From Eledone cirrhosa (lineage: Eukaryota): 64,000 nucleotides of DNA. Positions 26,701 to 39,500 of the stretch are shown one piece after another. The stretch covers positions 177,320,001 through 177,384,000 of the forward strand of contig OZ024743.1 in NCBI GenBank assembly GCA_964016885.1, written 5' to 3'. Numbering within the stretch: position 1 is the first letter of the stretch; each line of letters opens with the position of its first letter. The notes under the pieces were generated by a model that was not told where the DNA came from, made no database searches, and worked only from the letters and a program-made list of their open reading frames with translations. Made by a program: the position numbers and the translations under genes.

Positions 26701-28349
26701 GATGTGGAGAATATTTTGCATATTGTCAGATCTTATGAAAGTGAGATTCATGTGGAGAATGTTTTCCATATTGTCAGATGTTATGAAAGTGGGATTAATG
26801 TGGAGAATGTTTACATATTGTCAGATCTTATGAAAGTGGGATTCATGTGGAGAATGTTTTCCATATTGTGAGATCTTATGAAAGTGGCATTCATGTGGAA
26901 GATGTTTTCCATATTGTCAGATGTTATGAAAGTGGGATTCATGTGGAGAATGTTTTCCATATTGTCAGATGTTATGAAAGTGGGATTGATGTGGAGAATG
27001 TTTTGCATATTGTCAGATGTTATGAAAGTGAGATTCATGTGGAGAATGTTTTGCATATTGTCAGATGTTATGAAAGTGGGATTCATGTGGAGAATGCTTT
27101 CCATATTGTCAGATGTTATGAAAGTGGGATTGATGTGGAGAATGTTTTCCATGTTGTCAGATCTGATGAAAGTGGGATTCATGTGGAGAATGTTTTCCAT
27201 ATTGCCAGATCTTATGAAAGTGGAATTCATGTGGAGAATGTTTTGCATATTGTCAGATGTTATGAAAGTGGGATTCATGTGGAGAATGTTTTCCATATTG
27301 TCAGATATTATGAAAGTGGGATTCATGTGGAGAATGTTTTCCATATTGTCAGATCTTATGAAAGGGGATTCATGTGGAGAATGTTTTGCATATTGTCAGA
27401 TGTTATGAATGTGGGATTCATGTGGAGAATGTTTTCCATATTGTCAGATCTTATGAAAGTGGGATTGATGTGGAGAATGTTTTGCATAATGTCAGATGTT
27501 ATGAAAGTGGGATTGATGTGGAGAATGTTTTGCATATTGTTAGATGTTATGAAAGTGGGATTCATGTGGAGAATGTTTTCTATATTGTCAGATATTATGA
27601 AAGTGGGATTCATGTGGAGAATGTTTTCCATATTGTCAGATGTTATGAAAGTGGGATTGATGTGGAGAATGTCTTGCATAGTGTCAGATGTTATGAAAGT
27701 GGGATTCATGTGGAGAATGTTTTCCATATTGTCAGATGTTATGAAAGTGGGATTCATGTGGAGAATGCTTTCCATATTGTCAGATGTTATGAAAGTGGGA
27801 TTGATGTGGAGAATGTTTTTGCATATTGTCAGATGTTATGCAAGTGGGATTCATGTGGAGAATGTTTCCCATTTTGTCAGATGTTATGAAAGTGGGATTC
27901 ATGTGGAGAATGATTTCCATATTGTCAGATCTTATGAAAGTGGGATTGATGTGGAGAATTTTTTGCATATTGTCAGATCTTATGAAAGTGGGATTCATGC
28001 GGAGAATGTTTTCCATATTGTCAGATGTTATGAAAGTGGGATTAATGTGGAGAATATTTTATATATTGTCAGATGTTATGAAAGTGGGATTCACGTGGAG
28101 AATGTTTTCCATATTGTGAGATCTTATGAAAGTGGCATTCATGTGGAGAATGTTGTGCATATTGTCAGATGTTATGAAAGTGGGATTCATGTGGAGAATG
28201 TTTTGCATATTGTCAGATGTTATGAAAGTAGGATTCATGTGGAGAATGATTTCCATATTGTCATATCTTATGAAAGTGGGATTCATGTGGAGAATGTTTA
28301 CATATTGTCAGATGTTATGAAAGTGGGATTCATGTGGAGAATGATTTCC

Positions 28350-30938
28350 ATATTGTCAGATGTTATGAAAGTGGGATTAATGTGGAGAATGTTTTGCATA
28401 TTGTCAGATGTTATGAAAGTGGGATTCACGTGGAGAATGTTTTCCATATTGTCAGATGTTATGAAAGTGGGATTGATATGGAGAATGATTTCCATATTGT
28501 CAGATCTTATGAAGGTGGGATTCATGTGGAGAATGTTTTGCATATTGTCAGAAGTTATGAAAGTGGGATTCATGTGGAGAATGTTTCCCATTTTGTCAGA
28601 TGTTATGAAAGTGGGATTCATGTGGAGAATGATTTCCATATTGTCAGATGTTATGAAAGTGGGATTAATGTGGAGAATGTTTTATATATTGTCAGATGTT
28701 ATGAAAGTGGGATTCACGTGGAGAATGTTTTCCATATTGTGAGATCTTATGAAAGTGGCATTCATGTGGAAGATGTTTTGCATATTGTCAGATGTTATGA
28801 AAGTGGGATTCATGTGGAGAATGTTTTCCATATTGTCAGATCTTATGAAAGTGGGATTCATGTGGAGAATGATTTCCATATTGTCAGATCTTATGAAAGT
28901 GGGATTCATGTGGAGAATGTTTTGCATATTGTCAGATGTTATGAAAGTGGGATTCATGTGGAGAATGTTTTGCATATTGTCAGATGTTATGAAAGTAGGA
29001 TTCATGTGGAGAATGATTTCCATATTGTCAGATCTTATGAAAGTGGGATTCATGTGGAGAATGTTTTACATATTGTCAGATGTTATGAAAGTGGGATTCA
29101 TGTGGAGAATGATTTCCATATTGTCAGATGTTATGAAAGTGGGATTAATGTTGAGAATATTTTGCATATTGTCAGATGTTATGAAAGTGGGATTCACGTG
29201 GAGAATGTTTTCCATATTGTCAGATGTTATGAAAGTGGGATTGATGTGGAGAATGTTTTGCATATTGTCATATCTTATGAAAGTGGGATTCATGTGGTGA
29301 ATGTTTTCCATATTGTCATATCTTATGAAATTGGGATTCATGTGGAGAATGTTTTGCATATTGTCAGATCTTATGAAAGTGGGATTCATGTGGAGAATGA
29401 TTTCCATATTGTCAGATCTTATGAATGTGGGATTCATGTGGAGAATGTTTTGCATAGTGTCAGATGTTATGAATGTGGGATTGATGTAGAGAATGTTTTA
29501 CATATTGTCAGATCTTATGAAAATGGGATTCATGTGGAGAATGTTTTCCATATTGTTAGATGTTATGAAAGTGGGATTGATGTGGAGAATGTTTTACATG
29601 TTGTCAGATGCTATGAAAGTGGGATTCATGTGGAGAATGTTTTACACATTGTCAGATGCTATGAAAGTGGGATTCATGTGGAGAATGTTTTGCATATTGT
29701 CAGATGTTATGAAAGTGGGATTCATGTGGAGAATGATTTCGATATTGTCAGATCTTATGAAAGTGGGATTCATTTGGAGAATGTTTTGCATATTGTCAGA
29801 TGTTATGAAAGTGGGATTCATGTGGAGAATGTTTTCCATATTGTCAGATGTTATGAAAGTGGGATTAATGTGGAGAATGTTTTGCATATTGTCAGATGTT
29901 ATGAAAGTGGGATTCACGTGGAGAATGTTTTCCATATTGTCAGATGTTATGAAAGTGGGATTGATATGGAGAATGATTTCCATATTGTCAGATCTTATGA
30001 AGGTGGGATTCATGTGGAGAATGTTTTGCATATTGTCAGAAGTTATGAAAGTGGGATTCATGTGGAGAATGTTTCCCATTTTGTCAGATGTTATGAAAGT
30101 GGGATTCATGTGGAGAATGATTTCCATATTGTCAGATGTTATGAAAGTGGGATTAATGTGGAGAATGTTTTATATATTGTCAGATGTTATGAAAGTGGGA
30201 TTCACGTGGAGAATGTTTTCCATATTGTGAGATCTTATGAAAGTGGCATTCATGTGGAAGATGTTTTGCATATTGTCAGATGTTATGAAAGTGGGATTCA
30301 TGTGGAGAATGTTTTCCATATTGTCAGATCTTATGAAAGTGGGATTCATGTGGAGAATGATTTCCATATTGTCAGATCTTATGAAAGTGGGATTCATGTG
30401 GAGAATGTTTTGCATATTGTCAGATGTTATGAAAGTGGGATTCATGTGGAGAATGTTTTGCATATTGTCAGATGTTATGAAAGTAGGATTCATGTGGAGA
30501 ATGATTTCCATATTGTCAGATCTTATGAAAGTGGGATTCATGTGGAGAATGTTTTACATATTGTCAGATGTTATGAAAGTGGGATTCATGTGGAGAATGA
30601 TTTCCATATTGTCAGATGTTATGAAAGTGGGATTAATGTTGAGAATATTTTGCATATTGTCAGATGTTATGAAAGTGGGATTCACGTGGAGAATGTTTTC
30701 CATATTGTCAGATGTTATGAAAGTGGGATTGATGTGGAGAATGTTTTGCATATTGTCATATCTTATGAAAGTGGGATTCATGTGGTGAATGTTTTCCATA
30801 TTGTCATATCTTATGAAATTGGGATTCATGTGGAGAATGTTTTGCATATTGTCAGATCTTATGAAAGTGGGATTCATGTGGAGAATGATTTCCATATTGT
30901 CAGATCTTATGAATGTGGGATTCATGTGGAGAATGTTT
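28350..30938. repeat. Block duplication, offset 1488 bp (31 monomers): about 28350-29450 repeated at 29838-30938
   Basis: Markers gattgatatgg (~28471/29959) and ttaatgttgagaatat (~29145/30633); ORF pairs 28682/30170, 28749/30237, 29066/30554. Confidence 0.88.
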
Positions 30939-32830
30939 TACATATTGTCAGATGTTATGAAAGTGGGATTCATGTGGAGAATGATTTCCATATTGTCAGA
31001 TGTTATGAAAGTGGGAATAATGTTGAGAATATTTTGCATATTGTCAGATGTTATGAAAGTGGGATTCACGTGGAGAATGTTTTCCATATTGTCAGATGTT
31101 ATGAAAGTGGGATTGATGTGGAGAATGTTTTGCATATTGTCAGATGTTATGAAAGTGGGATTCATGTGGAGAATGTTTTCCATATTGTCAGATGTTATGA
31201 AGGTGGGATTGATGTGGAGAATGTTTTGCATATTGTCGGATGTTGTGAAAGTGGGATTCATGTGGAGAATGTTTTCCATATTGTTAGATGTTATGAAAGT
31301 GGGATTGATGTGGAGAATGTTTTATATGTTGTCAGATGCTATGAAAGTGGGATTCATGTGGAGAATGTTTTACACATTGTCAGATGCTATGAAAGTGGGA
31401 TTCATGTGTAGAATGTTTTGCATATTGTCAGATGCTATGAAAGTGGGATTCATGTGTAGAATGTTTTGCATATTGTCAGATGTTATGAAAGTGGGATTCA
31501 TGTGGAGAATGTTTTGCATATTGTCAGATGTTATGAAAGTGGGATTCATGTGGAGAATGTTTCCCATATTGTCAGATGTTATGAAAGTGGGATTCATGTG
31601 GAGAATGATTTCCATACTGTCAGATCTTATGAAAGTGGGACTGATGTGGAGAATATTTTGTATATTGTCAGATCTTATGAAAGTGGGATTCATGTGGAGA
31701 ATGATTTCCATATTGTCAGATCTTATGAATGTGGGATTCATGTGGAGAATGTTTTCCATATTGTCAGATGTTATGAAAGTGGGATTCATGTGGAGAATGT
31801 TTTGCATATTGTCAGATGTTATGAAAGTAGGATTCATGTGGAGAATGATTTCCATATTGTCAGATCTTATGAAAGTGGGATTCATGTGGAGAATGTTTTA
31901 CATATTGTCAGATGTTATGAAAGTGGGATTCATGTGGAGAATGATTTCCATATTGTCAGATGTTATGAAAGTGGGATTAATGTTGAGAATATTTTGCATA
32001 TTGTCAGATGTTATGAAAGTGGGATTCACGTGGAGAATGTTTTCCATATTGTCAGATGTTATGAAAGTGGGATTGATGTGGAGAATGTTTTGCATATTGT
32101 CAGATGTTATGAAAGTGGGATTCATGTGGAGAATGTTTTCCATATTGTCAGATGTTATGAAGGTGGGATTGATGTGGAGAATGTTTTGCATATTGTCGGA
32201 TGTTGTGAAAGTGGGATTCATGTGGAGAAAGATTTCCATATTGTCATATCTTATGAAAGTGGGATTCATGTGGTGAATGTTTTCCATATTGTCATATCTT
32301 ATGAAATTGGGATTCATGTGGAGAATGTTTTGCATATTGTCAGATCTTATGAAAGTGGGATTCATGTGGAGAATGATTTCCATATTGTCAGATCTTATGA
32401 ATGTGGGATTCATGTGGAGAATGTTTTGCATAGTGTCAGATATTATGAAAGTGGGATTCATGTGGAGAATGTTTTGCATATTGTCAGATGTTATGAAAGT
32501 GGGATTCATGTGGAGAATGTTTTACACATTGTCAGATGCTATGAAAGTTGGATTCATGTGTAGAATGTTTTGCATATTGTCAGATGCTATGAAAGTGGGA
32601 TTCATGTGTAGAATGTTTTGCATATTGTCAGATGTTATGAAAGTGGGATTCATGTGGAGAATGTTTTGCATATTGTCAGATGTTATGAAAGTGGGATTCA
32701 TGTGGAGAATGTTTCCCATATTGTCAGATGTTATGAAAGTGGGATTCATGTGGAGAATGATTTCCATACTGTCAGATCTTATGAAAGTGGGACTGATGTG
32801 GAGAATATTTTGTATATTGTCAGATCTTAT
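30910..32830. repeat. Interleaved short duplications with offsets of 960 bp (20 monomers) and 1152 bp (24 monomers)
   Basis: gtcggatgttgtg at ~31235/32195 (+960). Paired gtgtagaat monomers followed by catactg and gggactgatg at ~31405-31650 and ~32557-32800 (+1152). Confidence 0.8.
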
Positions 32831-33549
32831 GAAAGTGAGATTCATGTGGAGAATGTTTTCCATATAGTCAGATCTTATGAAAGTGGGATTCATGTGGAGA
32901 ATGATTTGCATATTGTCAGATGTTATGAAAGTGGGATTCATGTGGAGAATGTTTTCCATATTGTCAGATCTTATGAAAGTGGGATTCATGTGGATAATGT
33001 TTTCCATATTGTCAGATCTTATGAAAGTGGGATTCATGTGGATAATGTTTTCCATATTACCAGATCTTATGAAAGTGGGATTCATGTGGAGAATGTTTTG
33101 CATATTGTCAGATGTTATGAAAGTGGGATTCATGTAGAGAATGTTTTCCATATTGTCAGATCTTATGAAAGTGGGATTCATGTGGAGAATGTTTTCCATA
33201 TAGTCAGATCTTATGAAAGTTGGATTCATGTGGAGAATGTTTTGCATATTGTCAGATGTTATGAAAGTGGGATTCATGTGGAGAATGTTTTCCATATTGT
33301 CAGATCTTATGAAAGTGGGACTGATGTGGAGAATGTTTTGCATAATGTCAGATGTTATGAAAGTAGGATTGATGTGGAGAATGTTTTGCATATTGTTAGA
33401 TGTTATGAAAGTGGGATTCATGTGGAGAATGTTTTCCATATGGTCAGAAATTATGAAAGTGGGATTCATGTGGAGAATGTTTTCCATATTGTCAGATGTT
33501 ATGAAAGTGGGATTGATGTGGAGAATGTCTTGCATATTGTCAGATGTTA

Positions 33550-36500
33550 TGAATGTGGGATTGATGTGGAGAATGTTTTGCATATTGTCAGATCTTATGA
33601 AAGTGGGATTCATGTGGAGAATGTTTTCCATATTGTCAGATGTTATGAAAGTGGGATTCATGTGGAGAATGTTTTGCATATTGTCAGATGTTATGAAAGT
33701 GGGATTCATGTGGAGAAAGATTTCCATATTGTCATATCTTATGAAAGTGGGATTCATGTAGAGAATGTTTTCCATATTGTCATATCTTATGAAATTGGGA
33801 TTCATGTGGAGAATGTTTTGCATATTGTCAGATCTTATGAAAGTGGGATTCATGTGGAGAATGATTTCCATATTGTCAGATCTTATGAATGTGGGATTCA
33901 TGTGGAGAATGTTTTGCATAGTGTCAGATGTTATGAATGTGGGATTGATGTAGAGAATGTTTTCCATATTACCAGATCTTATGAAAGTGGGATTCATGTG
34001 GAGAAGGTTTTCCATATTGTCAGATGTTATGAAAGTGGGATTCATGTGCAGAATGTTTTGCATATTGTCAGATGTTATGAAAGTGGGATTCATGTGGAGA
34101 ATGTTTCCCATATTGTCAGATGTTATGAAAGTGGGATTGATGTGGAGAATGATTTCCATATTGTCAGATCTTATGAAAGTGGGATTGATGTGGAGAATAT
34201 TTTGCATATTGTCAGATCTTATGAAAGTGAGATTCATGTGGAGAATGTTTTCCATATTGTCAGATGTTATGAAAGTGGGATTAATGTGGAGAATGTTTTA
34301 CATATTGTCAGATGTTATGAAAGTGGGATTGATGTGGAGAATGTTTTGCATATTGTCAGATGTTATGAAAGTGAGATTCATGTGGAGAATGTTTTCCATA
34401 TTGTCAGATGTTATGAAAGTGGGATTCATGTGGAGAATGCTTTCCATATTGTCAGATGTTATGAAAGTGGGATTGATGTGGAGAATGTTTTCCATGTTGT
34501 CAGATCTGATGAAAGTGGGATTCATGTGGAGAATGTTTTCCATATTGCCAGATCTTATGAAAGTGGGATTCATGTGGAGAATGTTTTGCATATTGTCAGA
34601 TGTTATGAAAGTGGGATTCATGTGGAGAATGTTTTCCATATTGTCAGATCTTATGAAAGTGGGATTCATGTGGAGAATGTTTTCCATATTGTCAGATCTT
34701 ATGAAAGGGGATTCATGTGGAGAATGTTTTGCATATTGTCAGATGTTATGAAAGTGGGATTCATGTGGAGAATGTTTTCCATATTGTCAGATCTTATGAA
34801 AGTGGGATTGATGTGGAGAATGTTGTGCATAATGTCAGATGTTATGAAAGTGGGATTGATGTGGAGAATGTTTTGCATATTGTTAGATGTTATGAAAGTG
34901 GGATTCATGTGGAGAATGTTTTCTATATTGTCAGATATTATGAAAGTGGGATTCATGTGGAGAATGTTTTCCATATTGTCAGATGTTATGAAAGTGGGAT
35001 TGATGTGGAGAATGTCTTGCATATTGTCAGATGTTATGAAAGTGGGATTCATGTGGAGAATGTTTTCCATATTGTCAGATGTTATGAAAGTGGGATTCAT
35101 GTGGAGAATGCTTTCCATATTGTCAGATGTTATGAAAGTGGGATTGATGTGGAGAATGTTTTTGCATATTGTCAGATGTTATGCAAGTGGGATTCATGTG
35201 GAGAATGTTTCCCATTTTGTCAGATGTTATGAAAGTGGGATTCATGTGGAGAATGATTTCCATATTGTCAGATCTTATGGAAGTGGGATTGATGTGGAGA
35301 ATTTTTTGCATATTGTCAGATCCTAAGAAAGTGGGATTCATGTGGAGAATGTTTTCCATATTGTCAGATGTTATGAAAGTGGGATTAATGTGGAGAATAT
35401 TTTATATATTGTCAGATGTTATGAAAGTGGGATTCACGTGGAGAATGTTTTCCATATTGTGAGATCTTATGAAAGTGGCATTCATGTGGAAGATGTTTTG
35501 CATATTGTCAGATGTTATGAAAGTGGGATTCATGTGGAGAAAGTTTTCCATATTGTCAGATCTTATGAAAGTGGGATTCATGTGGAGAATGATTTCCATA
35601 TTGTCAGATGTTATGAAAGTGGGATTCATGTGGAGAATGTTTTGCATATTGTCAGATGTTATGAAAGTGGGATTCATGTGGAGAATGTTTTGCATATTGT
35701 CAGATGTTATGAAAGTAGGATTCATGTGGAGAATGATTTCCATATTGTCATATCTTATGAAAGTCGGATTGATGTGGAGAATGTTTTTGCATATTGTCAG
35801 ATGTTATGCAAGTGGGATTCATGTGGAGAATGTTTTGCATATTGTCAGAAGTTATGAAAGTGGGATTCATGTGGAGAATGTTTCCCATTTTGTCAGATGT
35901 TATGAAAGTGGGATTCATGTGGAGAATGATTTCCATATTGTCAGATCTTATAAAAGTCGGATTGATGTGGAGAATTGTTTGCATATTGTCAGATCTTATG
36001 AAAGTGGGATTCATGTGGAGAATGTTTTCCATATTGTAAGATGTTATGAAAGTGGGATTAATGTGGAGAATGTTTTATATATTGTCAGATGGTATGAAAG
36101 TGGGATTCACGTGGAGAATGTTTTCCATATTGTGAGATCTTATGAAAGTGGCATTCATGTGGAAGATGTTTTGCATATTGTCAGATGTTATGAAAGTGGG
36201 ATTCATGTGGAGAATGTTTTCCATATTGTCAGATCTTATGAAAGTGGGATTCATGTGGAGAATGATTTCCATATTGTCTGATCTTATGAAAGTGGGATTC
36301 ATGTGGAGAATGTTTTGCATATTGTCAGATGTTATGAAAGTAGGATTCATGTGGAGAATGATTTCCATATTGTCAGATCTTATGAAAGTGGGATTCATGT
36401 GGAGAATGTTTTACATATTGTCAGATGTTATGAAAGTGGGATTCATGTGGAGAATGATTTCCATATTGTCAGATGTTATGAAAGTGGGATTAATGTGGAG

Positions 36501-39500
36501 AATGTTTTGCATATTGTCTGATGTTATGAAAGTGGGATTCATGTGGAGAATGTTTTCTATATTGTCAGATGTTATGAAGGTGGGATTGATGTTGAGAATG
36601 TTTTGCATATTGTCAGATGTTATGAAAGTGGGATTCATGTGGAGAAAGATTTCCATATTGTCATATCTTATGAAAGTGGGATTCATGTGGTGAATGTTTT
36701 CCATATTGTCATATCTTATGAAATTGGGATTCATGTGGAGAATGTTTTGCATATTGTCAGATCTTATGAAAGTGGGATTCATGTGGAGAATGATTTCCAT
36801 ATTGTCAGATCTTATGAATGTGGGATTCATGTGGAGAATGTTTTCCATATTGTTAGATGTTATGAAAGTGGGATTGATGTGGAGAATGTTTTACATGTTG
36901 TCAGATGCTATGAAAGTGGGATTCATGTGGAGAATGTTTTACACATTGTCAGATGCTATGAAAGTGGGATTCATGTGGAGAATGTTTTGCATATTGTCAG
37001 ATGTTATGAAAGTGGGATTCATGTGGAGAAAGATTTCGATATTGTCAGATCTTATGAAAGTGGGATTCATTTGGAGAATGTTTTGCATATTGTCAGATGT
37101 TATGAAAGTGGGATTCATGTGGAGAATGTTTTCCATATTGTCAGAAGTTATGAAGTTGGGATTCATGTGGAGAATGATTTCCATACTGTCAGATCTTATG
37201 AAAGTGGGATTCATGTGGAGAATATTTTCCATATTGTTAGATGTTATGAAAGTGGGATTCATGTGGAGACTGTTTTACATATTGTCAGCTGTTATGAAAG
37301 TGGGATTCATGTGGAGAATGTTTTCCATATTGTCAGATGTTATGAAAGTGGGATTCATGTAGAGAATGTTTTCCATATTGTCATATCTTATGAAATTGGG
37401 ATTCATGTGGAGAATGTTTTGCATATTGTCAGATCTTATGAAAGTGGGATTCATGTGGAGAATGATTTCCATATTGTCAGATCTTATGAATGTGGGATTC
37501 ATGTGGAGAATGTTTTGCATAGTGTCAGATGTTATGAATGTGGGATTGATGTAGAGAATGTTTTCCATATTACCAGATCTTATGAAAGTGGGATTCATGT
37601 GGAGAATGTTTTCCATATTGTCAGATGTTATGAAAGTGGGATTCATGTGCAGAATGTTTTGCATATTGTCAGATGTTATGAAAGTGGGATTCATGTGGAG
37701 AATGTTTCCCATATTGTCAGATGTTATGAAAGTGGGATTGATGTGGAGAATGATTTCCATATTGTCAGATCTTATGAAAGTGGGATTGATGTGGAGAATA
37801 TTTTGCATATTGTCAGATCTTATGAAAGTGAGATTCATGTGGAGAATGTTTTCCATATTGTCAGATGTTATGAAAGTGGGATTAATGTGGAGAATGTTTT
37901 ACATATTGTCAGATGTTATGAAAGTGGGATTGATGTGGAGAATGTTTTGCATATTGTCAGATGTTATGAAAGTGAGATTCATGTGGAGAATGTTTTCCAT
38001 ATTGTCAGATGTTATGAAAGTGGGATTCATGTGGAGAATGCTTTCCATATTGTCAGATGTTATGAAAGTGGGATTGATGTGGAGAATGTTTTCCATGTTG
38101 TCAGATCTGATGAAAGTGGGATTCATGTGGAGAATGTTTTCCATATTGCCAGATCTTATGAAAGTGGGATTCATGTGGAGAATGTTTTGCATATTGTCAG
38201 ATGTTATGAAAGTGGGATTCATGTGGAGAATGTTTTCCATATTGTCAGATCTTATGAAAGTGGGATTCATGTGGAGAATGTTTTCCATATTGTCAGATCT
38301 TATGAAAGGGGATTCATGTGGAGAATGTTTTGCATATTGTCAGATGTTATGAAAGTGGGATTCATGTGGAGAATGTTTTCCATATTGTCAGATCTTATGA
38401 AAGTGGGATTGATGTGGAGAATGTTGTGCATAATGTCAGATGTTATGAAAGTGGGATTGATGTGCAGAATGTTTTGCATATTGTTAGATGTTATGAAAGT
38501 GGGATTCATGTGGAGAATGTTTTCTATATTGTCAGATATTATGAAAGTGGGATTCATGTGGAGAATGTTTTCCATATTGTCAGATGTTATGAAAGTGGGA
38601 TTGATGTGAAGAATGTCTTGCATATTGTCAGATGTTATGAAAGTGGGATTCATGTGGAGAATGTTTTCCATATTGTCAGATGTTATGAAAGTGGGATTCA
38701 TGTGGAGAATGCTTTCCATATTGTCAGATGTTATGAAAGTGGGATTGATGTGGAGAATGTTTTTGCATATTGTCAGATGTTATGCAAGTGGGATTCATGT
38801 GGAGAATGTTTCCCATTTTGTCAGATGTTATGAAAGTGGGATTCATGTGGAGAATGATTTCCATATTGTCAGATCTTATGGAAGTGGGATTGATGTGGAG
38901 AATTTTTTGCATATTGTCAGATCCTAAGAAAGTGGGATTCATGTGGAGAATGTTTTCCATATTGTCAGATGTTATGAAAGTGGGATTAATGTGGAGAATA
39001 TTTTATATATTGTCAGATGTTATGAAAGTGGGATTCACGTGGAGAATGTTTTCCATATTGTGAGATCTTATGAAAGTGGCATTCATGTGGAAGATGTTTT
39101 GCATATTGTCAGATGTTATGAAAGTGGGATTCATGTGGAGAAAGTTTTCCATATTGTCAGATCTTATGAAAGTGGGATTCATGTGGAGAATGATTTCCAT
39201 ATTGTCAGATGTTATGAAAGTGGGATTCATGTGGAGAATGTTTTGCATATTGTCAGATGATATGAAAGTGGGATTCATGTGGAGAATGTTTTGCATATTG
39301 TCAGATGTTATGAAAGTAGGATTCATGTGGAGAATGATTTCCATATTGTCATATCTTATGAAAGTGGGATTCATGTGGAGAATGTTTTACATATTGTCAG
39401 ATGTTATGAAAGTGGGATTCATGTGGAGAATGATTTCCATATTGTCAGATGTTATGAAAGTGGGATTAATGTGGAGAATGTTTTGCATATTGTCAGATGT

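Noticed and set aside
27820-27889. CxxC-containing reading (KWDSCGECFAYCQML) and ATTCATGTGGAGAA resembling a C2H2 zinc-finger linker (IHTGEK)
   Set aside because: This frame has a TGA in nearly every monomer and lacks the His pair. C2H2 repeats have an 84-bp period, not 48 bp. The similarity is too short to infer origin.
26810-28299. Two T4-to-T3 deletions (26810 and 28297) as biological markers
   Set aside because: They are singletons in a homopolymer, and paralogous monomers (~34296 and ~39385) have four Ts. They may be long-read consensus errors, so they were not used for lineage inference.
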